A stretch of DNA of 64,000 nucleotides from Alphaproteobacteria bacterium (GCA_965221125.1 CBDCRW010000004.1:352001-416000), one strand, 5' to 3'; shown: positions 1 to 10,351, counted from the first letter of the stretch. Notes: generated by a model from the sequence alone, not told the origin. Made by a program: numbers and translations.

Positions 1-180
1 CGGGCACCGCTATGGCGGTCTTGTCCGAACTCACGTCGCGGCCGATCCCTGCCGTTGGCGCGCTTGACCATAATCGATCCGCGCGGCGCCGCGAAGGCGT
101 TGCCGCCATAACGCCGCGGGGTGGTTGCAACCCGCGACATGGGGTACGAGTGCGCTCTCGATCCTCCGCCGAGTTCCTCC

Positions 181-2367
181 ATGCCCGCTCCCGCCTCCAC
201 GCCCCCTGTCGCGGCCCGCAAGCCTGCCACGTCGACGCTGCACGGGATCGCCCGCAGCGACGACTACGCCTGGCTCAAGGATCCCGACTGGCAGCGGGTC
301 ATGCGCGAGCCCGACGCGCTCGACCCGCAAATCCGCGCCTACCTGGAGGCCGAGAACGCGTACACGGACGCCTTCCTCGCGCCCCACGAGGCGCTGAGGG
401 AGGCGCTCTACGCCGAGATGCGCGGGCGCATGAAGGAGGACGAGTCGTCGGTGCCCGCGCCCGATGGGGACTGGGCCTACTACGTCCGCTACGTCGAAGG
501 CGGCGAGCACCCGGTCTACTGCCGCGCCCCGCGCCACGACGAAACGACGGAGGTGCTGCTGCTCGACGGCAACCGCGAGGCCGAGGGCGAGGCCTATTTC
601 AGGGTCGGCGACTGCGAGCACAGCCCCGACCACCGCCGCCTCGCCTACACCCTCGACCTCAACGGCTCGGAGCGCTACCGGCTCTTCGTCCGCGATATCG
701 CCTCCGGCGCGGTCATCGACGGGCCCATCGAGGACGCCCACGGCGAAGCCATCTGGGCGGCCGACGGCGAGACGGTGTTCTACACCGTGCTCGACGAGAA
801 CCACCGCCCCTGGCAGGTGCGCCGCCACCGGATCGGCGCCGCTGGCACGGACCCGGTGGTCTACGAAGAATCCGACCCCGGCTTCTTCCTCCGGCTCGGC
901 GAGTCCGAGAGCAGGCGCTTCGTCCTGATTTCGGCCCACGACCACACGACCTCCGAGGTTCGCCTGATCGAGGCCGCGGCGCCGGAGCCCGAACCCCGTC
1001 TCGTCGCCGCCCGCGCGCGCGGCATCGAGTACGACGTCGCTTGTCGGGGCGATCTGCTCTACATCCTGACCAACGCCGACGGCGCGACCGACTTCAAGAT
1101 CGTGACCGCGCCGCTTGACGCGCCGGGGCGCGAGGGCTGGCGCGACTGGCTCCCGCACGAGCCGGGCACCTACGTGCGCACGCAGCGTCTCTTCGCCGGC
1201 CATCACGTGCGGCTTGAGCGCGTGGGCGGCCTGCCCCGCATCGTCGTCACCGACCTGGAGAGCGGCGCGGCCCACACCATCGCCTTCGACGAGGAGGCCT
1301 ACGACCTTTCTCTCCTGCCCGGCTACGAGTTCGAGACCGAGATGCTCCGCTTCGTCTACAGCTCGATGACGACGCCGCGCCAGACCTTCGACTACGACAT
1401 GCGCGCGCGCACCCGGACGCTGCGCAAGACCCAGGAGGTGCCGAGCGGGCACGAGCCCGCCGATTACGTCACCCGCCGGCTCACGGCCGTGAGCCACGAC
1501 GGCGCCCGCGTGCCGGTCTCGCTCCTCCATCGCCGCACGACCCCGCTCGACGGCTCCGCGCCGCTCCTCCTCTACGGCTACGGCTCCTACGGCCACGCGA
1601 TCCCGGCCGCGTTCTCCACCAACCGGCTCAGCCTCGTGGACCGCGGCTTCGTCTACGCCATCGCCCACATCCGGGGCGGCTCGGACTGCGGCTACGGCTG
1701 GTATCTGGACGGCAAGCGCGCGAAGAAGACCAACACCTTCGCCGACTTCATCGCCGCCGCCGAGCACCTGATCGCAGACGGCTACACGGCGAAGGGGCGG
1801 ATCGCGGCCCACGGCGGCAGCGCCGGCGGCATGCTGATGGGGGCGGTCGCCAACATGCGGCCCGATCTCTTCGCCAGCATCGTCGCCGAGGTGCCCTTCG
1901 TCGACGTGCTCAACACCATGTGCGATGCGGACCTGCCGCTGACGCCGCCGGAGTGGCCGGAGTGGGGCAACCCCATCGCGGACGAGGACGCCTACCGGAC
2001 CATCGCGGCCTATGCGCCCTACGAGAACGTGCGCGCCCAAGCTTACCCGGCGATCTTCGCGACCGCAGGGCTCACCGACCCGCGCGTGACCTACTGGGAG
2101 CCGGCGAAGTGGGTGGCGAAGCTGCGCCGCCTCGAGACCTGCGACAAGCCGCTGCTGCTGCACACCAACATGGAGGCCGGCCACGGCGGCGCCTCCGGCC
2201 GCTTCCGCCGGCTGGTCGAGGTGGCGATGGCCTATGCGTTCGTCCTCGCCGTCGCAGGGCGGGCGTATGGGGGAGAATCCCTCAAACCAGCGGCATCACC
2301 TCGCGGGCGAAGCGTTCCATCGCGCCGCGCCGGCTCGCGGCGGGGCGGCCCGGCTGCGCGGTGTTGA
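181..2367 (+). CDS. ptrB: S9A peptidase, oligopeptidase B (protease II)
   Basis: DDYAWL N-terminus, LLYGYGSYG, catalytic GGSAGG, DPRV and AGHGG motifs. ORF is open from 121; the ATG at 181 is preferred. Confidence 0.92.
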   Translation: MPAPASTPPVAARKPATSTLHGIARSDDYAWLKDPDWQRVMREPDALDPQIRAYLEAENAYTDAFLAPHEALREALYAEMRGRMKEDESSVPAPDGDWAYYVRYVEGGEHPVYCRAPRHDETTEVLLLDGNREAEGEAYFRVGDCEHSPDHRRLAYTLDLNGSERYRLFVRDIASGAVIDGPIEDAHGEAIWAADGETVFYTVLDENHRPWQVRRHRIGAAGTDPVVYEESDPGFFLRLGESESRRFVLISAHDHTTSEVRLIEAAAPEPEPRLVAARARGIEYDVACRGDLLYILTNADGATDFKIVTAPLDAPGREGWRDWLPHEPGTYVRTQRLFAGHHVRLERVGGLPRIVVTDLESGAAHTIAFDEEAYDLSLLPGYEFETEMLRFVYSSMTTPRQTFDYDMRARTRTLRKTQEVPSGHEPADYVTRRLTAVSHDGARVPVSLLHRRTTPLDGSAPLLLYGYGSYGHAIPAAFSTNRLSLVDRGFVYAIAHIRGGSDCGYGWYLDGKRAKKTNTFADFIAAAEHLIADGYTAKGRIAAHGGSAGGMLMGAVANMRPDLFASIVAEVPFVDVLNTMCDADLPLTPPEWPEWGNPIADEDAYRTIAAYAPYENVRAQAYPAIFATAGLTDPRVTYWEPAKWVAKLRRLETCDKPLLLHTNMEAGHGGASGRFRRLVEVAMAYAFVLAVAGRAYGGESLKPAASPRGRSVPSRRAGSRRGGPAARC

Positions 2368-3365
2368 TGGCGAACTGCGTGACGCCGATCTCCCGGTAGC
2401 GCCGCACCTGATGGGCCACCTGCTCGGGCGTGCCCACCAACTGGTGCGCCAGGAAGGGCGGCAGGTTGGCGGGATCGGCCATCGCCTCCATCCGCTCCAT
2501 CTGCTGCACGTTGCGCTCGTAGGTGGGCACGTCCTTCCACGGGTTGGCGTGGGTCTCGTAGTGCGCGACCACCGCGCGGAAGAAGGCGGCGAGATAGTCA
2601 GTCGCCTCTTCCTGCGCTTGCTCTTCGCTGTCGGCGATGAAGCAGTGGATCCAGAGCGGGATGTCGGCGTCCGCCGGGCCGCCGCCCGCCGCCCGCCGCC
2701 GCGATCGCCTTCCATGCCGCGATGGAATCCGCGTTCTGCCGGAAGGGCGAGGCCGAGGTGCAGAGCAGCCCGAGCCCCATCTCCGCCATGCGCTCGGCCG
2801 TGCCGGGGTTGTTGCAGGCGCCGTAGAGGTGGATGCGCTCCCGCACGGGCCCTGGCCTGAGCGTCACCTCGCGCGGGATACTCGCGTGGGTGCCCTCGTA
2901 GCGGAAGGGCGCGCCGCTCAGCAGTCCGTCCGCGATCTCGTAGTGCTCGCGAAAGAGGTCGCGCGAATGCGCCATGTCGATGGCGCGGGCGTCGTACTCG
3001 ATGCGGGCCACGCCGCGCCCAAGCCCGATGTGTAGCTCGGCGTCGGTCATGATGCTCAGCATCGCCAGGTCTTCGGCGAAGCGCACCGGCTCGTACCAGG
3101 GCAGCACGACGACGGCGGTGCCGAGCCCCAGGCCGGGGCAGGCGGCCGCGACGTGGCTCAGGAAGAGCAGCGGCGAGGGCGAGGGGTAGTAGTCGGTGAA
3201 GTGGTGCTCCAGCACCCAGACGCTGCCGAAACCCAGGGACTGCCCATAGCGGCAGTCCTCCAGCATTTCGCGGTAGCGCTCACGGTCGCCGGCGGAGCCC
3301 GCGCACGCCGCCGGCATCACCGGGCCCACGGTGAAACCGAAGGCCGCGCCCGCACGTTCGCTCAT
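2282..3365 (-). pseudogene. LLM-class flavin-dependent oxidoreductase split by a frameshift near 2680-2700
   Basis: N-part (2598-3365) has WVLEHHF and GLGTAVVVLPW; C-part (ADADIPLWIHCF...LVGTPEQV...MERFAREVMP) is in another frame. Removing 7 bp from the GCCGCCC repeat joins them. Confidence 0.75.
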
Positions 3366-3477
3366 GCCCCAGTCCTAGCGGACGCGGCCCTAAGCCCGCA
3401 ACCGGGAGACCTGTTGCGCGCGGACGGGGAAGCGGCCTCTCGCGCCTCTCGCGCCCCCGGCCCGAAAGCCGTCGGCG

Positions 3478-3990
3478 CTACTTGCCGATCACACCGCAGG
3501 CGATGCGGGGGCCGGCGGCACCCGCCGGATCGGTGACGTAATCGTCCGGTCCCTCGTGAATCACGATCGATGCGCCGTCCTCGTCGAACAGCGCGTCATC
3601 GAGGCTCAGCAGCGCGTTCAGGACCTCGATTTCCAGCGCGCCCGACTCCGGCACGTGGATGTTCGGCATGTCGCCCGCGTGCATCCCCTCGGCACTCATG
3701 ATCCCGTGCTTCTTGCCCGCCGGGTTGAAGTGGCCACCCGCGGACTTGAACGGCGGCTCGCAGACGCCGACCGCATGGACGTGGAACGCGTGGGCGCCCG
3801 CTGGCAGGTTCTCGAGCGTCGCGTGCAGCAGCGTGCCCTGCGGCGTCTCGCTCAGCGTGACCGTGCCGACGGATTCCCCGTTCGCGTTCATCATCGCGGC
3901 GCTCGCCTGCTCCGCCGCGCTCGCCCCATGCGTGGCCGCCATCAACGCGGCGGCGGCGAGGAAGATGCTGGCTCCGGTCAGTCTCATCAT
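3478..3990 (-). CDS. sodC: Periplasmic Cu/Zn superoxide dismutase
   Basis: Signal peptide; HAFHVH, GGHFNP, HAGDMPN, VIHEGPDD and RIACGVI motifs. Confidence 0.9.
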   Translation of the reverse strand: MMRLTGASIFLAAAALMAATHGASAAEQASAAMMNANGESVGTVTLSETPQGTLLHATLENLPAGAHAFHVHAVGVCEPPFKSAGGHFNPAGKKHGIMSAEGMHAGDMPNIHVPESGALEIEVLNALLSLDDALFDEDGASIVIHEGPDDYVTDPAGAAGPRIACGVIGK

Positions 3991-4050
3991 CGTCCTGTCC
4001 TCATCGTTGGAGTCCCGATACCTGGCTGCTTTGCCCGGTCGCGGGCAGGA

Positions 4051-4476
4051 TCATTCTATACCGTTGGCCCGCTGAAGCTCGCGCACGTAGCGGATGATCT
4101 TGAGCGTGTCCTCGTCCGAGACGCCGTCCACCGGCGCCATGTTGCCGAACGGCCAGTGGTGGGCGCGAACGCCGTTGCGCACGGCGAGGATGAACGAGAT
4201 GTCGGCATGGTGGTTCGGCTCGTAGATTATGTGGACTAGCGGCGGCCCCTGGTCCGAGCCGGTCGCGTGCAGCCCGTGGCAGGTCATGCAGTTCTCCTCG
4301 AACAGCGCCTGGCCCGCCTTCGCCTCGGCGGAGAGCGTGGGGATCGTGATGCTCACGGCCGCGCCGTCGGAGTGCGCCGGCTCGCCGCCGAACCACTGCG
4401 TCCACGCGACCGCGCCCACGATCGCCGCGGCCGCGAGCGCGCCGATGTAGAGCTTGTCCCGCAGGGTTTTCATCAT
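4051..4476 (-). CDS. Membrane-anchored monoheme cytochrome c
   Basis: C-terminal part of ORF 4051..5706 from MMKTLRD; N-terminal TM helix, CMTCH, HHWPFGNM; start overlaps the cueR stop. Confidence 0.85.
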   Translation of the reverse strand: MMKTLRDKLYIGALAAAAIVGAVAWTQWFGGEPAHSDGAAVSITIPTLSAEAKAGQALFEENCMTCHGLHATGSDQGPPLVHIIYEPNHHADISFILAVRNGVRAHHWPFGNMAPVDGVSDEDTLKIIRYVRELQRANGIE

Positions 4477-4877
4477 CCGTCGTCTCCGTGGGCCGGGCCG
4501 GCGAGGTCGTCGAGGATGGGGCAGTCCGGCCGCGCGTCGCCGTGGCAGCGCTCCACGAGGGTCGCGAGCGTGCCGCGCAGCCCCTCCATCTCCGCGATCT
4601 TGCGGTCGATCCGGCGCAGGTGCGCTTGCGCCAGCGCCTTGACGTCCGCGCTCGCGCGCTCGTGGTCCTCGTAGAGCGAGAGCAGCGTGCGGCACTCCCT
4701 GATCGAGAACCCGAGCGAGCGGGCGCGCGCGAGGAACCTCAGCTTGTGCACGTCGGTCTCGACGAAGGCGCGGTAGCCGTTCTCGCCCCGCAGGGGCCGG
4801 ACGAGGCCGATGTCCTCGTAGTAGCGGATCGTCTTCGCCGAGAGCCCGCTCGCTTGCGCAACGTCGCCGATCTTCAT
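4473..4877 (-). CDS. cueR: Cu(I)-responsive MerR-family regulator
   Basis: MKIGDVA...TIRYYEDIGL HTH and CHGDARPDCPIL metal loop; adjacent to copA. Confidence 0.93.
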   Translation of the reverse strand: MKIGDVAQASGLSAKTIRYYEDIGLVRPLRGENGYRAFVETDVHKLRFLARARSLGFSIRECRTLLSLYEDHERASADVKALAQAHLRRIDRKIAEMEGLRGTLATLVERCHGDARPDCPILDDLAGPAHGDDG

Positions 4878-4897
4878 GGCCGCCTCCGCGATTCCCT

Positions 4898-4973
4898 CTC
4901 ATAAGGGTTGCCGCGACTGGAAGGTCAAGATCATGAGCCCCCTTGACCTTCCAGTCACTGGAATTCCTACCTT
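4898..4973. promoter_or_regulatory. Back-to-back MerR/CueR-type promoters
   Basis: + strand TTGACC(4943)-N19-TACCTT with an ACCTTCCAGTCACTGGAA dyad; - strand TTGACC(4928)-N19-TATGAG; perfect 15-bp inverted repeat at 4915-4929 and 4942-4956. Confidence 0.8.
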
Positions 4974-5004
4974 CGCGTGAGGAGAGAGACCCGAAGAGGC
5001 AGCG

Positions 5005-7311
5005 GTGGACCCCGATACATCGGTCGAGCACACGGCGCGCGACCCCGTCTGCGGCATGAGCGTGGAGCGCGAGGGCGCCCGCCACACGGCCCGGCACGCG
5101 GGGCGGACCTACTATTTCTGCTGCGCCCGCTGCCGGGAGCGCTTCGTCGCGGCGCCCGAGAAGTTTCTCGATGGCCGCCCCGCGCCCCAGCCTGCGCCCG
5201 CGGGGAGCCTCTACACCTGCCCGATGGACCCCGAGATCGTGCAGCCAACGCCCGGCGACTGCCCGATCTGCGGCATGGCGCTGGAGCCGATGATGCCGGT
5301 GGCCGATGCGGGGCCCTCGCCCGAGCTGGGCGATCTCCGCCGCAGGCTCCGGCTCGCCGCACCGCTGGCAGGCGCCGTGTTCGCGCTGGAGATGGGGAGC
5401 CACGCCGGCATCCCGTTCGATGCCTGGATCGGCCCCCGCCTCTTCGTCGCCCTGCAGTTCCTGCTGGCGACGCCCGCGCTCTGGATTTGTCGCGCGTTCT
5501 TCCTGCGCGGGCTCGCCTCGGTGCGGAACCGCTCGCCCAACATGTGGACGCTGATCGCGCTCGGCACCGGCGCAGCCTGGCTCTTCAGCGTCGCAGGGCT
5601 GCTCGCGCCCGGCATCTTCCCCGCGGCGGTGCTCACGGCGGGCGGGCAGCCGCCGGCCTACTTCGAGGCGGCGGCGGTGATCCTGGTGCTGGTGCTGGTA
5701 GGCCAAGTCATGGAAAGCGCCGCCCGCGAGCGCACGGGCGATGCCATCCGTGCGCTCATGGGCCTAGCGCCGAAGACCGCGCGTCGTCTGACCGACGGCG
5801 GCGAGGCCGACGTGCCCTTGGACGCGGTCCGCCCCGGCGACCTGCTCTGCGTGCGGCCGGGCGAGAGCGTGCCCGTGGACGGCGTCGTGACCGAGGGCCG
5901 CGCCACCATCGACGAGAGCATGATTACCGGCGAGCCGACGCCTGCGGAGAAGGGGCCGGGCGATCCGCTCACCGGCGGCACGCTCGACAAGAACGGCAGC
6001 CTGGTGATGCGGGCGGAGCGGGTCGGCGCCGAGACCACGCTCGCTCGCATCGTCGCCCTGGTGGCGAAGGCCCAGCGCAGCCGCGCGCCGATCCAGGCGC
6101 TTGCCGACCGGGTCGCCGGCGTCTTCGTGCCGGCCGTGGTCGCCGTCGCGGTGCTGGCTGCCATCGGCTGGGCGGTGGCCGGACCGTCGCCCGCGCTGGC
6201 CTACGCGCTGAGCGCGGCGGTGAGCGTGCTCATTATCGCGTGCCCCTGCGCGCTCGGGCTGGCGACGCCCATGTCGATCATGGTGGCCGCCGGGCGCGGC
6301 GCCCAGGCCGGCGTGCTGGTGCGGGACGCCGAAGCGCTGGAGCGGCTTGCCAGGGCGGACCTGCTGGTCGTGGACAAGACCGGCACCCTGACCGAGGGGC
6401 GGCCCGCCGTGACCGATATCGTTCCGCTGGCCGGTCCCGACCGCACGCGGCTGCTCGCGCTCGCGGCGGCGCTGGAGCGGAGTGCCCGGCACCCGCTCGC
6501 CGAGGCGGTGGTCGACGCGGCCGAGGCGGCAGGCGCCCCCTACCTCGCGGCGAGCAACGCGGACTCCGTGACCGGCCGGGGCGTGCACGGTCGCGTGGCG
6601 GGCCACGATGTCGCGCTCGGCAACGCCGCCATGATGCAGGCGCTGGGCGTCCCCCTCGGCGACCACGCGGCGCTGGCCGGCTCGCTGGAGGACGCCGGCA
6701 AGACGGCGATGTTCGTGGCCGTGGACGGCGCCCTTGCGGGCGTGATCGCGGTCGCGGACAGGGTGCGGGAGACCGCCGCCCAGGCCATGCGGGAGCTTGA
6801 GGCGATGGGCCTCCGCGTCGTCATGGCGACCGGCGACAGCCCGCGCGTGGCCGGCATCGTCGCGAGCACGCTGGGCATCGGCGAGGTGCACGCCGCGCTC
6901 GTGCCGGAGGAGAAGGGCGCGCTCGTCGAGCGCTTCCAGCGCCAGGGCCTGACCGTCGCCATGGCCGGCGACGGGGTGAACGACGCGCCGGCGCTGGCAA
7001 CAGCGGACGTCGGCATCGCCATCGGCACCGGCGCGGACATCGCGCTGGAGAGCGCGGGCATCACGCTGGTCAAGGGCGACCTGCGCGGCATCGTGCGCGC
7101 CCGCCGGCTCGCGCGCACGACCATGGGCAACGTGCGCCAGAACCTCTTCCTCGCCTTCGTCTACAACGCCGCAGCGATTCCCGTCGCCGCCGGCGTGTTG
7201 TTCCCGCCCTTCGGCATCCTGCTCTCGCCCATGATCGCCGCAGCCGTGATGAGCTTGTCCTCTGTCTCCGTCATCGGCAACGCGCTCCGGCTGCGCGCCG
7301 CGAAAGTCTAG
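5005..7311 (+). CDS. copA: Cu(I)-translocating P1B-type ATPase with an N-terminal YHS-like domain
   Basis: DPVCGM, YYFCC, YTCPM...CPICGM, TGE, CPCALG, DKTGT, HP, GDGVND, YN and MSLSS motifs. Confidence 0.95.
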   Translation: MDPDTSVEHTARDPVCGMSVEREGARHTARHAGRTYYFCCARCRERFVAAPEKFLDGRPAPQPAPAGSLYTCPMDPEIVQPTPGDCPICGMALEPMMPVADAGPSPELGDLRRRLRLAAPLAGAVFALEMGSHAGIPFDAWIGPRLFVALQFLLATPALWICRAFFLRGLASVRNRSPNMWTLIALGTGAAWLFSVAGLLAPGIFPAAVLTAGGQPPAYFEAAAVILVLVLVGQVMESAARERTGDAIRALMGLAPKTARRLTDGGEADVPLDAVRPGDLLCVRPGESVPVDGVVTEGRATIDESMITGEPTPAEKGPGDPLTGGTLDKNGSLVMRAERVGAETTLARIVALVAKAQRSRAPIQALADRVAGVFVPAVVAVAVLAAIGWAVAGPSPALAYALSAAVSVLIIACPCALGLATPMSIMVAAGRGAQAGVLVRDAEALERLARADLLVVDKTGTLTEGRPAVTDIVPLAGPDRTRLLALAAALERSARHPLAEAVVDAAEAAGAPYLAASNADSVTGRGVHGRVAGHDVALGNAAMMQALGVPLGDHAALAGSLEDAGKTAMFVAVDGALAGVIAVADRVRETAAQAMRELEAMGLRVVMATGDSPRVAGIVASTLGIGEVHAALVPEEKGALVERFQRQGLTVAMAGDGVNDAPALATADVGIAIGTGADIALESAGITLVKGDLRGIVRARRLARTTMGNVRQNLFLAFVYNAAAIPVAAGVLFPPFGILLSPMIAAAVMSLSSVSVIGNALRLRAAKV

Positions 7312-7321
7312 GGGTGGCGGC

Positions 7322-7783
7322 GTGCGCGGGGCAGCACGAGCGCTTGGTGTCGCCACGGCGGCCGCCGTCGGTTGGCTGCTTGCCGCACAGCTCGCGCTGG
7401 CATCGGAGGATCTCGCGCAGGGCGCCGCGCTTTACGGCGAGCACTGCGCCTCGTGCCATGGCGAGAACCTCGAAGGCGAGCCCGACTGGCGCAAAATGGG
7501 CGCCGACGGCCTCTATCCGGCCCCGCCCCACGACGAGACCGGCCACACCTGGCACCACGGCGACCGGCTGCTGTTCGATTACACGAAGCTCGGCGGCGCG
7601 GAGGTGCTGGCCATGCTCGGCATCGCCGATTTCGAGAGCGGCATGCCGGGCTTCGGACACGTGCTCAGCGACGATGACATCCGCGCTGTCCTCACCTACA
7701 TCAAGAGCACGTGGCCCGAAGACATCCGCCGCCACCAGGAGCGATTGACGCAGCAGGAAGCCGCGTCCCCGCAACGGGAGTAG
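7322..7783 (+). CDS. Periplasmic monoheme cytochrome c
   Basis: Signal peptide, CASCH, PAPPHDETGHTWHH, axial Met in SGMPGF. Confidence 0.87.
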   Translation: MRGAARALGVATAAAVGWLLAAQLALASEDLAQGAALYGEHCASCHGENLEGEPDWRKMGADGLYPAPPHDETGHTWHHGDRLLFDYTKLGGAEVLAMLGIADFESGMPGFGHVLSDDDIRAVLTYIKSTWPEDIRRHQERLTQQEAASPQRE

Positions 7784-7791
7784 ACCGCAGC

Positions 7792-8238
7792 GTGACCGAT
7801 CGCCCCCGGCCTCCGGGCTCCCGCGCGCTCTTCTGGGCCGCCGCCCTGCTGTGGCTGCCGGCGGGCGTGGTGGCATCTGCGGCGATCCGGTTCGGGCCGA
7901 GCGCGGTCGAGCCCGGCGCGCTGCTGACGGCGATGGCGATGGCCTCGTCTTCGCTGGTCGTGGCGTCGGTCTGCGGCCTGCCGCTCGCGCTCGCCTGCCG
8001 GCGCCTCGGGCGCCTCGGCCATCCCCGCCTGGCCTGGGTCGGGGGCGCGGTGCTCGGCGCAGCAACGGTGGCGGCGTCGATCCTGGCCGGCCTGTTCGGC
8101 CCGCTCGGCATCGCCGTCGCGGCCCTGGTGCTGAGTGCGCCGGTCTGGATCGCCGTGGTGTGGCGGGGCCGGCAGGCGCGGGCCGACGACGAGGAGGGCG
8201 AGCGTCCGCCTCTGGACGGGCGGGGCCGCCGTCCATAG
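7792..8238 (+). CDS. Hypothetical membrane protein (about 4 TM helices)
   Basis: Hydrophobic ORF filling the gap after cyt c; GTG start 8 nt after the cyt c stop. Confidence 0.55.
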   Translation: MTDRPRPPGSRALFWAAALLWLPAGVVASAAIRFGPSAVEPGALLTAMAMASSSLVVASVCGLPLALACRRLGRLGHPRLAWVGGAVLGAATVAASILAGLFGPLGIAVAALVLSAPVWIAVVWRGRQARADDEEGERPPLDGRGRRP

Positions 8239-8294
8239 GCTGACCCCGCGCCACCCGATCGAGCCGCCGTGGCGCATCCGACCGTGGAGCGCCA

Positions 8295-9500
8295 ATGGAA
8301 ACGCGGCTGGGGGCGACGCTGCGCCCGTACTTTCCGCTCGCTGCCGGGGTTCTGGTCAACCTCTCGATCGGGATTCTCTACGCCTGGAGCGTCTTCGTGG
8401 CGCCGCTGGAGAGCACGCTCGGCGCCGACCGTGCGACGGTGAGCGGCGCGCAGTCGCTTTGCCTCTTCACGGCGACCGTCGGCTGCTTCGTGATGCACCG
8501 GCTGCTGCACTGGTTCACGCTGCCGCAGCTCACCCTGGTCATGGGCGCGGTGACGGCTGCCGGGCTCGCGCTCGCGGGCTTCGGCCAGTCGGTCGCGGCA
8601 CTCTACGTCGGCTACGGCGTGCTCTACGGCTTTGGCGCCGGCGTCCTCTATTTCATCGCGATGACGGCGGTCAGCATCGAGGGGCCGGTGCGCTCCAGCA
8701 TTGCCATGAGCATCAACATGTCGGCGGTCGCGGCCGGCGGCATCGCCTGGGCGCCGGGCCTCGTCGTCATGATCGATTCGATGGGGCCGGCGCCGGCTTT
8801 GGGCATCAGCGCGGCGGTCGTCCTCGCGGCCGGGGCGATCGGCGCCGCGCTCATCGCCTATTCCGGCAAGGAGCCGCCTGCAACCGGCGCGATCGGCCTC
8901 TTCCATGACCTGCTGACCGATCGGCCCCGCGTCGTGATCCTAATTTCCCTGGGCTTCCTCTGCGTCGCGTTCACGGCGCTCGCGGTCATCGGTCACGCGG
9001 CGACGATGATGGCTGCATGGGGCGCGACGGAGGGCCAGACCCAGTTCGCGCCGATGCTGAGCAGCGCGGGCTACGTGGCGGGCGCCCTGGTCGGTGGCTG
9101 GCTCACCGACCTGCTGACGGGCCGGCGCGTTCTCGTCTGCGTCGGCATCGTCATGGGGGTGTTTCTGCTGGCGCTCTACGTCGCACCCGGCGTGATCATG
9201 GGGCTCGCCGCCATCGGCGCGGTCGGCCTCGCCTTCGGCGCGCTCGCGAGCGCGCACCCCGTGACCGTCGCAGGCTATTACGGGGCGGCAGCGCTGCCCC
9301 GGGTCTTCGGCCGCATCGCGCTCGCCTACGGGCTGGGCGGCCTGCTCGGGCCGTTCAGCGCCGGCGCGATCTACGACGCCGATCAGCACTACGGCACCGC
9401 GATCGTCCTGATCGCCGTTCTCGCCTTCGTGGGCGCGGCGTTCTATGCCGGCCTGCCCCGCCGCGAGAGGCTCGGCGCATCGGCAGGCACGCCGGCCTGA
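8295..9500 (+). CDS. MFS transporter (OFA/monocarboxylate-like)
   Basis: About 12 hydrophobic segments; GILYAWSVF and GWLTDLLTGRR motifs. Confidence 0.85.
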   Translation: METRLGATLRPYFPLAAGVLVNLSIGILYAWSVFVAPLESTLGADRATVSGAQSLCLFTATVGCFVMHRLLHWFTLPQLTLVMGAVTAAGLALAGFGQSVAALYVGYGVLYGFGAGVLYFIAMTAVSIEGPVRSSIAMSINMSAVAAGGIAWAPGLVVMIDSMGPAPALGISAAVVLAAGAIGAALIAYSGKEPPATGAIGLFHDLLTDRPRVVILISLGFLCVAFTALAVIGHAATMMAAWGATEGQTQFAPMLSSAGYVAGALVGGWLTDLLTGRRVLVCVGIVMGVFLLALYVAPGVIMGLAAIGAVGLAFGALASAHPVTVAGYYGAAALPRVFGRIALAYGLGGLLGPFSAGAIYDADQHYGTAIVLIAVLAFVGAAFYAGLPRRERLGASAGTPA

Positions 9501-9523
9501 GGGGCGAACAGGGAGGAGAAACC

Positions 9524-10351
9524 ATGCCGCACATCACGACGAACGACGGAATCCGCCTCAACTATGTGGAGCGCGGCAGCGGTGCCCCGCTGGTCATGAT
9601 CCCCGGCTGGTCGCAGACCGCCGCGCAGTTCGAGGCGCAGATCGAAGGACTCTCCGCGCGCCGCCGCGTCATCGCCTTCGACATGCGGGGGCATGGCGAA
9701 TCCGACAAGCCGGAGCACGGCTACAAGATCCAGCGCCTCGCCATGGATGTGCGCGGCGCGATCGAGGCGCTCGGGCTCGAACGGGTGAGCCTGCTCGGCC
9801 ACTCCATGGGGTGCTCGGTGATCTGGTGCTACATCGATCTCTTCGGCGAGGAGGGGCTGGAGCGGCTCGTCCTCGTCGACCAGATGCCGAGCATCACCGC
9901 GCGGAGCGAGTGGTCCGCGCAGGAGAAGCAGGACGCAGGCGCGATCTTCGACGGCGCAAGCCTCTACGAGACCATTGCCGCGCTTGCCGGCGCGGACGGC
10001 GTGGGCACCACCAAGGGCTTCATCGGCAGCATGTTCACGTCTGCCTATGCGTCCGAGCGGGTGGCCTGGGTCATCGAGCAGAACCGCAAGATGCCGCGCC
10101 GGCACGCGGCCTCGCTCCTGCTCAACCACTCGACTCAGGACTGGCGCGACCTGATCCCCCGCATCACGCTGCCGGCGCTGATCGTCGGCGGCCGCGTGAG
10201 CCTGATCGACTGGCGCTCGCAGGAATGGATGCAGCGCCAGATCGCGGGCGCGCAGCTGGAGATCTTCGAGGAGGCCGACGGCGGCAATCACTTCATGTTC
10301 ATGGAGAATCCCGAGCGCTTCAATCGCCTGGTCGACGACTTCCTCGGCTGA
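9524..10351 (+). CDS. Alpha/beta hydrolase (non-heme haloperoxidase/esterase-like)
   Basis: RBS GGAGGAG, DMRGHGES, GHSMG nucleophile elbow, GNHFMF. Confidence 0.88.
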   Translation: MPHITTNDGIRLNYVERGSGAPLVMIPGWSQTAAQFEAQIEGLSARRRVIAFDMRGHGESDKPEHGYKIQRLAMDVRGAIEALGLERVSLLGHSMGCSVIWCYIDLFGEEGLERLVLVDQMPSITARSEWSAQEKQDAGAIFDGASLYETIAALAGADGVGTTKGFIGSMFTSAYASERVAWVIEQNRKMPRRHAASLLLNHSTQDWRDLIPRITLPALIVGGRVSLIDWRSQEWMQRQIAGAQLEIFEEADGGNHFMFMENPERFNRLVDDFLG

